Of a DNA stretch of 64,000 nt, positions 51,404-61,827 are shown piece by piece. Below the pieces are notes generated by a model. It made no database searches. It was not told the DNA's origin and worked only from the letters and a program-made list of their open reading frames with translations. Made by a program: the position numbers and the translations under genes. Position 1 is the first letter of the stretch; every line of letters starts with the position of its first letter. The stretch comes from an uncultured Nitrospinaceae bacterium (lineage in GTDB: Bacteria; UBA8248): contig CAXFSR010000017.1 of NCBI GenBank assembly GCA_964005815.1, positions 128,001 through 192,000 on the forward strand. The letters are read 5' to 3'.

Positions 51404-51889
51404 TTATATATTGAATTGATCTTTCAAAGAACTGAAAACTGAAGAAGGAACCATAGAACTCACATCTCCTCCCAAAGATGCAACTTCCTTCACTATACTC
51501 GAACTAAGAAAACTATATTGTTGACTTGGCATTAAAAAAATCGTCTCAACACTCTCATCTAAATTCCGATTCATTAATGTCATTTGCAGTTCATAATCAA
51601 AATCACTTACAGCCCTTAACCCTCTGATAATTACTTGGGCACCTACCTTTTTTGAAAAACCAACAAGAAGTTCTTTATCAAAACTAACAAAACTCAATCT
51701 TTCTTCATTTTCGAATTCATCCATAAAAAACTGTTTTCTTTGATCAAAGCTAAACATAGGAGTTTTAGCTGGATTGACAGAAATTGCTACTATCACTTTC
51801 TCAAACATGCGGAGACTTCTCCTAACTAAATCTATATGACCGTTAGTAGGAGGGTCAAAAGTCCCAGGATATATTGCGACATTATCCAT
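51404..51889 (-). CDS. coaD: Pantetheine-phosphate adenylyltransferase
   Basis: YPGTFDPPTNGH, RGLRAVSDFDYELQM and SSSIVKEVA motifs. Confidence 0.97.
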   Translation of the reverse strand: MDNVAIYPGTFDPPTNGHIDLVRRSLRMFEKVIVAISVNPAKTPMFSFDQRKQFFMDEFENEERLSFVSFDKELLVGFSKKVGAQVIIRGLRAVSDFDYELQMTLMNRNLDESVETIFLMPSQQYSFLSSSIVKEVASLGGDVSSMVPSSVFSSLKDQFNI

Positions 51890-51999
51890 TGTGAAAGAAA
51901 CCTCTAGTAAAAAAATAAGTTTTTGAGTGCGTTAGACCTTCAAAAATCCATACAAACATATCATCCATTCTTAAAAGATAAAAGGTTTCTAGTAAACTT

Positions 52000-52548
52000 C
52001 TATCTTAAAACTTCCCTTACCATATGACTAATTTCAGGAATTATGATTTTATCTAATGCAGTTCTACAAGCATTACCTGAACCAGGCAAAGTCATTATTA
52101 TTGTGTCATTATAGACTCCAGCAGTTGCGCGTGTGAGGATCGCAGGAGTCCCAATTTCCTGAAAACTAATATTACGAAATAATTCTCCAAATCCCGGCAT
52201 TTCTTTATCTAAAATCGAAACTACAACATCATAGGTAGTATCTCTTTTTGTAATACCAGTCCCACCATTTGTGAGTATTACTTGCACAGAAGCATTTTTC
52301 GAAAATTCCTCAATCGAAGACCGGATTTGATCTGGTTCATCTTTTACTATCTTATAAAAATCTGCTTTATGACCATTTTCGACTAATGAATTAATTATTA
52401 ATCTTCCGCTAGTATCATTTTCTTCATTTCTAGTATCACTGACAGTAATGATTGCGCAATTGACTCCCTGTGGACCTTCTGCTTTATGTTCATTGTACGT
52501 TTTTTTATTTACGGCATTTTCTATCTCAGAACGAGATGGATTTTTCAT
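52000..52548 (-). CDS. moaB: Molybdenum cofactor biosynthesis protein MoaB/Mog
   Basis: ITVSDTR, DTSG, TNGGTGITKRDTT and LPGS motifs. Confidence 0.9.
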   Translation of the reverse strand: MKNPSRSEIENAVNKKTYNEHKAEGPQGVNCAIITVSDTRNEENDTSGRLIINSLVENGHKADFYKIVKDEPDQIRSSIEEFSKNASVQVILTNGGTGITKRDTTYDVVVSILDKEMPGFGELFRNISFQEIGTPAILTRATAGVYNDTIIMTLPGSGNACRTALDKIIIPEISHMVREVLR

Positions 52549-52709
52549 AAAGGGATTCCTTATATTAAGAATTCTGTTTTTTTCATCAAAAACTAAACAA
52601 TGATTAAGATAAATTAACTTTTAATGACAAGCAAATACATTTACTGAGGATTTAGTGGTAAAATAGAGAAAATTTAGTTTAAATTTCTACATTTTGGGAG
52701 ATAAAGTCT

Positions 52710-53513
52710 TTGGATACATCTGAGTTAAAAGGTCACTGGGCACTTATACTTGGTGCGAGCAGTGGATTTGGAGAAGCAGTTTCTTTGAGACTAGCAAAAG
52801 AAGGAATGAATATTTTTGGAGTTCATCTGGATAGGAAAGCTACCCTTCCTAACGTTGAAAGAATAAGAACAGAAATTGAAAAATCTGGTTCAGAAACAGT
52901 TTTTTTTAATATCAATGCAGCAGGTCATGAAGAACGTGCAAATGTAGTTGAAGAAATAGATGAAAAGTTAAGTAACTCTGCGATCAAGATTCGAATTATG
53001 CTTCACAGTCTCGCCTTTGGAACACTCAAACCTTTTATTGCTGATGATCAAAAAGATTCTATTAACCCTAAGCAAATGGACATGACTCTCGACGTCATGG
53101 CTCATAGTCTCGTTTATTGGACTCAAGACTTAGTATCAAAAAATCTTTTTTCTGAAAACGGAAGAATCTTTGCAATGACCAGTGCAGGAGGTCATAGAAT
53201 TTGGCCCACATACGGCGCTGTATCTGCTGCAAAAGCTGCATTAGAAAGTCATATCAGACAATTGTCAGTAGAACTTGCAAAGAAAAAGATTACTGCAAAT
53301 AGTATCCAAGCTGGAGTAACCGATACTCCTGCATTGAGAAAAATTCCAGGAAATTCAGAAATGATAGACAATACAAAAAGGGTAAATCCCTACGGAGAAC
53401 TGACAACACCAGAAAAAGTTGCGAATGCGATAGCAACGTTTTGTCTTTCAAGTACTGAGTGGATGACAGGAAATGTAATAAGAATAGACGGCGGAGAAGA
53501 TATTGCCGGATAA
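52710..53513 (+). CDS. SDR-family, enoyl-ACP reductase-like (FabL-like)
   Basis: LGASSGFG, YGAVSAAKAALES and TDTPALRKIPG motifs. Confidence 0.82.
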   Translation: MDTSELKGHWALILGASSGFGEAVSLRLAKEGMNIFGVHLDRKATLPNVERIRTEIEKSGSETVFFNINAAGHEERANVVEEIDEKLSNSAIKIRIMLHSLAFGTLKPFIADDQKDSINPKQMDMTLDVMAHSLVYWTQDLVSKNLFSENGRIFAMTSAGGHRIWPTYGAVSAAKAALESHIRQLSVELAKKKITANSIQAGVTDTPALRKIPGNSEMIDNTKRVNPYGELTTPEKVANAIATFCLSSTEWMTGNVIRIDGGEDIAG

Positions 53514-53521
53514 CAACAGAC

Positions 53522-53570
53522 AGACTAATCTATGGCCATAAAATCTAAAAGTATGGCCATAAATTAGTCT
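53522..53570. terminator. 19-bp inverted repeat between convergent genes (probable bidirectional terminator)
   Basis: AGACTAATCTATGGCCATA, 11 nt, then TATGGCCATAAATTAGTCT (one mismatch), followed by TTTT. Confidence 0.6.
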
Positions 53571-53590
53571 TTTAAAAAAAGATTTTTCAA

Positions 53591-54775
53591 CTACTTTTTC
53601 TTTTTCTTATTCTTCATAATTTTTCTTGTTTTGTCTCCTTCAGAAGTTTTTCCTTTGGGAGGTTTATTTTCACCTGGGAAATTTAGTTTGTTTCTACTTG
53701 CATTTATTCCAGCGAGTTTCGCTAGCGTTCCCCCTAAGAAATTCTTTTTCAAGTCTTTAGGAAGTGCTGGATATCCCCATTTTTCCTGTAATTCCTCAGG
53801 AATATCTAGTTTAAGGATTGCTTCTACAGATTGATAAGGATCCGATGCAGGCCAATCTGAACCCCAAACAAACCTATTTTCACCGGCAATTTGTAAAGTC
53901 GTTCCGACCATGTGGGCAAAACGATGAGGAGCGCGCATCAACCAAGTCAATAAAATAGAATAACTAACATAGATATGAGGATGTTTCCACATCAGAGTAA
54001 CTAATTCCTCCCAATAGGGAAAACCCCCATGATATGCAACTATCTTAAGATCAGGAAAATCTGAAGCAACTTCATCTAATAAAACTGGAAGAGTATAGCG
54101 AGTAGGTCCCATCCTTATAGTTATTCCAGTGTGAAAAAATGCAACAATGCCCCTATCCTGACACATTTCATACACAGGCCATAACCTTCTGTCATTTATA
54201 GGACAATCTTCCGGTTGATAAAATTTAGTAAACTTAAAATTATAGTTATCATGCAAATATTCCAATTCCCAAAGAATATCTTTCAATTTTCTTTTTGAAA
54301 ATGGACCTACATTTGACACTCCAATTACTCGATCTGGGTATTTCTCTATTGCATCTATTACATGTTGATTTGTGGAAAAAGGAGCACTATCTCCCGCAGT
54401 ATCTATAAATGACTCTCTCATCAAAGCAATTTGATCGACACCTGAACGATCCATATCGGCGATGATCTTATCAATATGCCAGTCCATTCCTGGATGAATA
54501 GCTGCTTGTTTTCCTGTTCTATGATCTTTCCAAAACCAGTGGTTGCACATCTCATGAGCAAATTCAAATGTTTTGGTACCTTCAAAATACTGTATAAAAC
54601 GGCGATAGTCCTCAGGCATAACGTGTGTTTCACAATCTAGAATATAAAAATCATTAGCCGTCTCTCCCGTTTCTGGATTAGAAGGGAGAGGCATAATTGT
54701 ATCCCAAGTTGCTGGTTTATTTGATTTTTTAGATACATTTTCGTTACTGGAATTGGCCTTAGCACGTTTAACCAT
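53591..54775 (-). CDS. Amidohydrolase_2-family protein
   Basis: FFHTG, FPDLKIVAYHGGFP and FVWGSDWP motifs; first metal motif reads DCETH. Confidence 0.85.
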   Translation of the reverse strand: MVKRAKANSSNENVSKKSNKPATWDTIMPLPSNPETGETANDFYILDCETHVMPEDYRRFIQYFEGTKTFEFAHEMCNHWFWKDHRTGKQAAIHPGMDWHIDKIIADMDRSGVDQIALMRESFIDTAGDSAPFSTNQHVIDAIEKYPDRVIGVSNVGPFSKRKLKDILWELEYLHDNYNFKFTKFYQPEDCPINDRRLWPVYEMCQDRGIVAFFHTGITIRMGPTRYTLPVLLDEVASDFPDLKIVAYHGGFPYWEELVTLMWKHPHIYVSYSILLTWLMRAPHRFAHMVGTTLQIAGENRFVWGSDWPASDPYQSVEAILKLDIPEELQEKWGYPALPKDLKKNFLGGTLAKLAGINASRNKLNFPGENKPPKGKTSEGDKTRKIMKNKKKKK

Positions 54776-54897
54776 TTGTGCCCTCCATCAGTATAGTTAG
54801 AAATGAAAATATGAAAAATATATACAAAGTATGTTAGGATGGTTACCCATCGCTGTAAAGTGTTAATTCACCTACTAAAGAGCTAAAAGGTTTTCAA

Positions 54898-57180
54898 ATG
54901 AATGAGTTAAAAAGAACAACATTTACAACTTGTTCCCCCCATTGCGGAAATAATCCCTGTAGTTTTGAGGTTGAAACCAAAGGGGAGGAAATTTCATCAT
55001 TTCGTGCAAATCCAAGAATGGATATTAAGCCCTGTATCAAAGGATTTCAGATACCTGATAGATATAATCACCCGGATAGAATTTTATACCCGATGAAAAG
55101 GATTGGGAAAAAAGGAAGTGGCAAAAACGGATATAATACTTTTGAGAGAATTTCATGGGATGAAGCTATAACATCTATCGCGGATGGCTTAAACGCTGCA
55201 AAGGTTAAGAGTGGAAATGACAGTATTTTATTATACAACTATTCATCTCAACATACTCTTCCCGGCGGGAGAGATGGAGCACCTGCAACTATTATGAGAC
55301 TTTTAAATCTATGGGGTGGAGCAATAGAAGCCTTCAATAGAGGAAGTCTTTGCTGGAGCGCTTTCTTAGGTGGGAGTGATGACGTTCTTGGACAGTGGCA
55401 AATAAAAAATAAAAAAAGCGACAATTGTGATTGGATTATTCTTTGGGGGAACAATCCTGTTGAAACTGGATACAGAGGATTGACACAATCTCTTCAAGAA
55501 GCGAAACGCAAGGGAACAAAATTCATAGTAATAGACCCAATGAAAACTAAAACAGTTCAACGGTTCGCCGATATTCATATTCCCATTGAACCTTCTACCG
55601 ATACTGCGCTAGCACTTGGGGTCCTAAAAATTGTACTCGAAGAACAATATTTAGATAAAGACTTTCTTGCGAAAAGGACAAATGCCCCTTTCCTAGTCAA
55701 AAAATCTACTGGCAAATTTATAACCGATAGAAATGGAGACCCTTTAGTTTGGGACGAAAAGTTAGACGCATTAGTTTCTTACAAAGTTTCTCAAAAACCT
55801 ATGATTGATACAGAAAAAAATATAAATGGAGAAAAATGCACAACTTCATTTAAGCTACTACAAAATGCTTCCCAAAAATGGACCGAAGAAGCTGTAGAAA
55901 AAGAATGTGGGATACCTTCATCTAGTGTACATCAAATTGCTTATGCACTTAAAAATGGAAAAATAATAGTTTATTACGGTGCCTACCAAAGAACGTTAAA
56001 AGGGGAAAATGCGGTCAGGGCTTTACATATTTTAAATCTGATAAGCGGAGCAATTGATGGAGTTATAAATCATGGCTCAACATATACAGACACTCATTTT
56101 GATAGAGCAACAGAATCAGGATTATCAAAGATAATGGCAGAAAATTGGTCAGTACCAAATCCAGTTAAAAGAACTATACCAGTAGGCAAAATTGCAGAAG
56201 CAATCCTAAATCCTGATTCTTACGGGGGAGCCATCCACGCTGGTTTATTTATGTGGGGCAATCCTATAGGACAAGGAGGAAATTCTAATAAAACAAAAAA
56301 AGCATTACTTTCTCTCGATTTTTGCGCTGTGTCAGAAATTTTTCTCACTCCAACCGCCAAATGTGCAGATATAATAATTCCTGCTTCAACTTGGCTAGAA
56401 CGTTCCACTATCACTGAAGGTATGAGTGTGGGCGCAACGTTTTATCACCTCATTGAAGAAAGAAAACCAAAACACCAGATTTTTTATTCTCCTGGCGTAC
56501 TTAAACCATTAGGAGAATCAAAAGATGATTTTGATTTTGTATGTTTACTTGCTGAAAAAATGGGATTCAGAAAAGAATTCCCATGGGCTGATTCTAAACA
56601 ATGGATTGAAAATTTAGTTGATCTTGCTAGAAAAGATTCTCGATTTCCTTGGTTTGAGAAAATTACCACAGAAAAACTAGAAAAGAATGGAGTCCTCACC
56701 TTAGATATTCCTAGAGCAAATTCTTCATGGGACCTTAAAACAAAACACGGCCGCGCCCAGATTTATTTTGAAAATAAGACCCATTCTGTTCCGGAATATT
56801 TTTCGTCAGAAGAATTACTTGAATCTAAACAAATGAAATATCCGCTTAAACTGATAACCCCAAAAACTTATTTCCGTGCTAGTTCAACATTTAACAATGC
56901 AAACAAACTTCTCAGACATGACTTTAACGTTGCTACAATTAATAAAGAAGATGCAAAGAAACGTGACATAAAAAACGGAGATTACATACGCTTATTTAAT
57001 GACTTTGGTGAGACTAAATTTGTTGCTAAGACTACTGACGTTATTCGAAAGGGAGTTGTTCATATCCCTGCTGGCGGAAATGAAGAATTAGGAATGGCAA
57101 ACGAATTAACCGGCGATATGCTTTCTGAATACGAAAACGCTACCTTTAACAGTTACAGAATAGAACTCGAAAGAATTTAA
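54898..57180 (+). CDS. Molybdopterin-dependent oxidoreductase (DMSO reductase superfamily) catalytic subunit
   Basis: CSPHCGNNPC...CIKG Fe-S motif, RILYPMKR, RISWDEA, WGNNP, VIDP, DTALALG and ADIIIPA motifs. Confidence 0.92.
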   Translation: MNELKRTTFTTCSPHCGNNPCSFEVETKGEEISSFRANPRMDIKPCIKGFQIPDRYNHPDRILYPMKRIGKKGSGKNGYNTFERISWDEAITSIADGLNAAKVKSGNDSILLYNYSSQHTLPGGRDGAPATIMRLLNLWGGAIEAFNRGSLCWSAFLGGSDDVLGQWQIKNKKSDNCDWIILWGNNPVETGYRGLTQSLQEAKRKGTKFIVIDPMKTKTVQRFADIHIPIEPSTDTALALGVLKIVLEEQYLDKDFLAKRTNAPFLVKKSTGKFITDRNGDPLVWDEKLDALVSYKVSQKPMIDTEKNINGEKCTTSFKLLQNASQKWTEEAVEKECGIPSSSVHQIAYALKNGKIIVYYGAYQRTLKGENAVRALHILNLISGAIDGVINHGSTYTDTHFDRATESGLSKIMAENWSVPNPVKRTIPVGKIAEAILNPDSYGGAIHAGLFMWGNPIGQGGNSNKTKKALLSLDFCAVSEIFLTPTAKCADIIIPASTWLERSTITEGMSVGATFYHLIEERKPKHQIFYSPGVLKPLGESKDDFDFVCLLAEKMGFRKEFPWADSKQWIENLVDLARKDSRFPWFEKITTEKLEKNGVLTLDIPRANSSWDLKTKHGRAQIYFENKTHSVPEYFSSEELLESKQMKYPLKLITPKTYFRASSTFNNANKLLRHDFNVATINKEDAKKRDIKNGDYIRLFNDFGETKFVAKTTDVIRKGVVHIPAGGNEELGMANELTGDMLSEYENATFNSYRIELERI

Positions 57181-57202
57181 TGAAAAGTATAGTTCTCATT
57201 AC

Positions 57203-58093
57203 TTATTTACTTGGGATCCCCGCTAATCTTCTAAAGATTTCTATGATAGACCCTGTATCTGATTCACCTAAACCGCTTTGCTCCGCTGCCTGAAGAACTT
57301 GCAGATGTATTTGACTTAACAAAGTCGGCGAAGCAAGTTTTTGTCCTTGTTCGAGAATAAGTCTGACATCTTTATGATGTTGTTTAATCCTAGAAATGGG
57401 AGGATCATATGCAGCATTTATCATTATTTCTCCTCTAGTATCCATAGCTTTACTATAAGCTGCGCTATCTTTCAAAACCTTTAATAATGTCTCTGTATCC
57501 ATTTCTGCTTTCATTCCCATTACTAAACCTTCTGCAAGAACTAACCTATTTAATCCTAGAACTTGATTTACTATTAATTTTGTTCTTGCACCCGCTCCGT
57601 TTGAGCCAAGATGGTAAATAGACCTACTAAACACTTCCAAAACCTCTTTTGCTTTAGAAAATGCATCCTTATCGCCTCCTACCATCGCAACCATATTTCT
57701 TTTGAGTACATCTGGACTTCCACCACTTAGACTAGCATCTAAGAATTGAAATCCATTTTTTTGCATATCTGAACCAGTTTCTATTGAATCTTCTGGTCTG
57801 GATGTAGAAGTATCAATGACTATTAATCCCTTATTATTAGATTCGCAAATTCCGTCTTTCCCAAGACAAACTTCTCGCACTACTTCACTATAAAGCAAGG
57901 ATGTAATAACAAAATCAGCTCCAGTTGCAGCCTCTTTAGGTGAAGAAACACTTTTTCCTCCTTCCGAAACCAATTCATCCACCCTATTTTGGTCAATATC
58001 ATAACCTTGAATGTTAAATTTAGCTTCGATTAATTTTTTACTCATCGCCAAACCCATGAGACCAAGACCGATTACGCCTACTGCTTTAGACAT
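57203..58093 (-). CDS. Beta-hydroxyacid dehydrogenase family (3-hydroxyisobutyrate dehydrogenase-like)
   Basis: IGLGLMG, FLDASLSGG, GARTKLIVN and KDVRL motifs. Confidence 0.88.
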   Translation of the reverse strand: MSKAVGVIGLGLMGLAMSKKLIEAKFNIQGYDIDQNRVDELVSEGGKSVSSPKEAATGADFVITSLLYSEVVREVCLGKDGICESNNKGLIVIDTSTSRPEDSIETGSDMQKNGFQFLDASLSGGSPDVLKRNMVAMVGGDKDAFSKAKEVLEVFSRSIYHLGSNGAGARTKLIVNQVLGLNRLVLAEGLVMGMKAEMDTETLLKVLKDSAAYSKAMDTRGEIMINAAYDPPISRIKQHHKDVRLILEQGQKLASPTLLSQIHLQVLQAAEQSGLGESDTGSIIEIFRRLAGIPSK

Positions 58094-58117
58094 TGTTATC
58101 TCCTCATATTAAAAATC

Positions 58118-59251
58118 TTAGAATTTAGGCCTTCCATACTTAGCATAACCCGTCATTTCAACAAAACCTACTCCATTCACAGATACCCCTTGACTAAAAC
58201 CTTCTACATTTATTCCACCTTCCCAATAAATAATTTGAGTACTCTTTGTAGTATCTAGTTCCTGTTTTTCATGCAAAGCTTTTATTTTTAGATTAATATT
58301 ATATTTAGGCACTTCTATCACCCATTCAACTGGGTATAAAGCTTTGCTTTTTTTACTTTTCCAAAAATTTTTATTCTTAATTGTAAAATCATATAGAGAA
58401 AGATGTATCACACTACCATCACCTAAAATTAGTGATCCACTACTTGTAAGATCATAACTTCCACTTTTGTTTCGCATAAGATAAAGCATTAATTCAGTAT
58501 TGTTTGAGAGTTGAATACTAAACCAATCCCAACCGATCTGTTCTTTTCCAAGTTGATTAGAACCAAATTCATGATCCATCCAAGCCGAACCATTAACAGA
58601 AATTCTTTCACCTTCTATAGAAAGAGAACCATTAACTTTTAATCTTGTATACGAATAATAATGTGAAGCTTGGCCAACTCCAGCAGATTTCTGACTAATT
58701 CCATTTGTCCCATGAATTACAGGATTTTTTTGTGGTTCTAATTTAAAATCAAGATATAATTTATCTTGTTTTGCAAAAATTAATATTTTATTCGTTTGTT
58801 CTTGATCCTCAATTTCTGCCTTCCAATCATCTATCCATACTTTAAATTTTTCTGTGGATGCACCTGCTTGACCAAGTGCCCCTCTGCTAAATTTTTCTGA
58901 AAAATAATGTTTGTTTTTTTTTGCACTGTAAACGGAAAAATGAGAGAAGTACAAATTATTAAGTGCCCATCTACTCCTATTCACTTCAGATTTTTTTTCT
59001 AAACGTAATCCCCTTCTAAAAAAAGTTAACATAAAAGAATACTTATTTCCGCTTTCATCTTTTACATTGCCAGAAAAATACCACCATTCAATTTTAAAAT
59101 TCGGATGAGATCGGTGTTCGTTTGGAAAATCATACTTATATCCAGGAAGAGCTAATTTCCATTTATTTGCAAACACAACAGGTGCAGGAATTAATATCAA
59201 AAACGTTAAAAAATAAATTAAACATCGAATTAGTAAAAAATGTGTCATCAT
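58118..59251 (-). CDS. AttH/CrtC-like lipocalin-domain secreted protein
   Basis: HPNFKIEWWYFSG, ASHYYS, WMDHEF, GWDWFSIQL, YWEG and GFVEMTGY motifs. Confidence 0.88.
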   Translation of the reverse strand: MMTHFLLIRCLIYFLTFLILIPAPVVFANKWKLALPGYKYDFPNEHRSHPNFKIEWWYFSGNVKDESGNKYSFMLTFFRRGLRLEKKSEVNRSRWALNNLYFSHFSVYSAKKNKHYFSEKFSRGALGQAGASTEKFKVWIDDWKAEIEDQEQTNKILIFAKQDKLYLDFKLEPQKNPVIHGTNGISQKSAGVGQASHYYSYTRLKVNGSLSIEGERISVNGSAWMDHEFGSNQLGKEQIGWDWFSIQLSNNTELMLYLMRNKSGSYDLTSSGSLILGDGSVIHLSLYDFTIKNKNFWKSKKSKALYPVEWVIEVPKYNINLKIKALHEKQELDTTKSTQIIYWEGGINVEGFSQGVSVNGVGFVEMTGYAKYGRPKF

Positions 59252-61827
59252 TCTGCTCTCAGTGCATTTTTAATTTCTGTCTTCGCAGCTATTCTAGAAG
59301 GAATAGTTCCCGCTAAAAGTGAAGATAAATATACAAAGAAAAGATAAATAAAAACGCTATAAAAAGAAAAATCAAAATAAATTGTCCAACCAAAACTCTG
59401 CTTATTGATAACAAAAATCAAAATTCCTGCTAAGAAATAACCAGAAATCGTTCCCAGAAAACAGGCAAAAAAACCGAGAAATCCAGATTCAAAAATTACG
59501 GAAAAAATTGTTCCAACTCTATTCATACCTATTGCACGAAGAGTTCCTATTTCTCTTCTTCTATCTAAAATATTAGAACTTAGATTTGTAGCAACCCCCA
59601 AAATTGCTACTAAGATTGCGATAGCTTCTAAAACATACGTAATCGAAAAAGTCTGATCGAAAACATCAAAAACTCTTTTCTTAAGACCAGAATTATTCAG
59701 AAGTATAAAGTTAGATGGTAGAGTTTTTCTTATCTTATCAAATAATTTATCCTTACTAGTTCCATTCTTTAAATAAATAGCAATAGAATTCAGGGTATAA
59801 TCGTTCCAAAGTTCTTGATAAAAATCTTGATCAATGATTACCCTCCCTCCTTCCGTGGTGTAATCGTAAAAAACACCCTTTATTTCTATTTGAATTTTTC
59901 CCCGAGGAGTAGGCAACACGATGGTGTCCCCTTTCTTGATTTTAAATCGATTTGAGAAGGTCTCAGTTATGATTGCTCCTCTGTGTTTTTTAGCTCGTCT
60001 TAAAATTTCTTTTGAATTACCATCTAAAAATAAAAGATTGCCAAAATCTGCAACGATATTAAAATTTCCTGAACCGACTTCAATGTTACTTTCTTTCCAA
60101 AAAACTTTAATACTTCTATAACCATCTACTGCTGTAATCTCCTCTAAATTCTTTAATTCAATAATTTCTTTTTTCATAAAACCAGCTTGCGAACCTTTTA
60201 TAAAATTCGATGCGGGTGCAGAATAAAAATCTGCTCTTAGAGTTTGCTCAGTCCATATAGAAACCGTTTCTCGAAAACTATTAATCATTACCACTAAACT
60301 AACGAGCATAGCTACAGCTACGGACAAAGATGCAACAGTAACAACATTTCTCGAGAGATGTCTTCGTATATTGTGTGATGCAAGAGATATTAATTTAAAC
60401 TTATAAAAAATAGATTTAAAAATTAAAGAGGTATAAAAAACAACTATAAAACTAATCGAAGAAATAGATGCAATAAGAAATAAAGCAGAAAGATATCCAA
60501 AAATTGGAACACCATTCCAAGGTGCAAATCGAGATGTAATATAAGAAAGAAATATCATGATTATTGTAAAAATAATGAACCGATACATATAAAAATCAGG
60601 AAGAACAATAGATGGAAATCTAACTCTAATGCCCCGTGAAGGATCAATTTTTCCAGCCTTAATCGCTGGCCATAAAGACGAAAAGAAGGACCCTACTACC
60701 CCTATACACATGGCGATTATAAGTTCAAATATAGAAGGACTGACATCTGTTACGTACAAAAAAGTATAGAGATTCTGGATTGTCTTTGTAACAATAAATA
60801 GAACACCCCTAGAAAAAATAAAAGCTAAAACAACTCCCAAGCAAGAACCAGCTAAACCAATACAAATTGCCTCCATGCAAATTAAAATAGTTCCCTGCAA
60901 AGAAGTTAAACCAAGAGATCTCAAGGTTGCAATCTCCTTCGTACGTCTAATAACTGATGCAGACATAGAATTAAAGATTAGGAAAAAACCTACTAGAACA
61001 GAAATAAAACTTAGAACTTTTAGATTTAATTGAAACGAACCTAACATTTTCTGTACATCAGACCCACGTCTTTCAGGTCTATCTACTATCAATCCACTCG
61101 GAATTTTTAATTGTATCAAACGTTTCATGTGGTCTGTTTTTTTATTGTCTTTTAGAACTATATCTATACGATCTAAATATCCTAATCTATTAAAAGATGC
61201 TTGAGCGTCACCTATATCCATAACTACGAGCATTCCGCCCATTGAGTTTGATAATTTATTCTTTTTTAAAATTCCTCTAACCTCAAATTCTTGATAGTTT
61301 GCAGACTCTATTTTCACAAAAGACCCTATTCCAACACCAAGAACATTTGCTAATTCCTTACCTATAAACAAACCGTTACGATTTTCTAAACTAGACAATA
61401 CATCTTCGGTTGAAATAATTTTTTCTACTTCATAAAGACGAAAATTCTCTCTTGCGAGAATATCGACTCCTAGAAGCAAAGCTGGTTTTTGGGAAGATTT
61501 AACAGAATTTTCTTTGTCTAGAGCGTTTTTTATTAATACCGTCTGTTGAATAACAGGAGATAAATTTTCAATTTGTGTTAATTTCAAAAGTTTAATAAAT
61601 GTTTCCTCAGGCACACCTAATCCACTACCTAAAACTTGAAGATTAGTTTTTCCGGAAATTGCATCTAAACTATTTTGAAAAGCTCTAAGAGAAGCATTAT
61701 TTGCAAGTTGAATCGATAAATAAACAGATACTCCTAAAGCTACTCCTAGAACAGTGAGAATAAACCTATATCGTTCTATTCTTAAGTAACGTAAAAATAA
61801 AGTTTTAAAGATTTTAATTAAGAACAA
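59248..61827 (-). CDS. FtsX-like ABC transporter permease (two MacB/FtsX modules)
   Basis: RRTKEIATLRSLG and RRREIGTLRAIG repeats, with TM helices. Confidence 0.9.
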   Translation of the reverse strand: MFLIKIFKTLFLRYLRIERYRFILTVLGVALGVSVYLSIQLANNASLRAFQNSLDAISGKTNLQVLGSGLGVPEETFIKLLKLTQIENLSPVIQQTVLIKNALDKENSVKSSQKPALLLGVDILARENFRLYEVEKIISTEDVLSSLENRNGLFIGKELANVLGVGIGSFVKIESANYQEFEVRGILKKNKLSNSMGGMLVVMDIGDAQASFNRLGYLDRIDIVLKDNKKTDHMKRLIQLKIPSGLIVDRPERRGSDVQKMLGSFQLNLKVLSFISVLVGFFLIFNSMSASVIRRTKEIATLRSLGLTSLQGTILICMEAICIGLAGSCLGVVLAFIFSRGVLFIVTKTIQNLYTFLYVTDVSPSIFELIIAMCIGVVGSFFSSLWPAIKAGKIDPSRGIRVRFPSIVLPDFYMYRFIIFTIIMIFLSYITSRFAPWNGVPIFGYLSALFLIASISSISFIVVFYTSLIFKSIFYKFKLISLASHNIRRHLSRNVVTVASLSVAVAMLVSLVVMINSFRETVSIWTEQTLRADFYSAPASNFIKGSQAGFMKKEIIELKNLEEITAVDGYRSIKVFWKESNIEVGSGNFNIVADFGNLLFLDGNSKEILRRAKKHRGAIITETFSNRFKIKKGDTIVLPTPRGKIQIEIKGVFYDYTTEGGRVIIDQDFYQELWNDYTLNSIAIYLKNGTSKDKLFDKIRKTLPSNFILLNNSGLKKRVFDVFDQTFSITYVLEAIAILVAILGVATNLSSNILDRRREIGTLRAIGMNRVGTIFSVIFESGFLGFFACFLGTISGYFLAGILIFVINKQSFGWTIYFDFSFYSVFIYLFFVYLSSLLAGTIPSRIAAKTEIKNALRAE

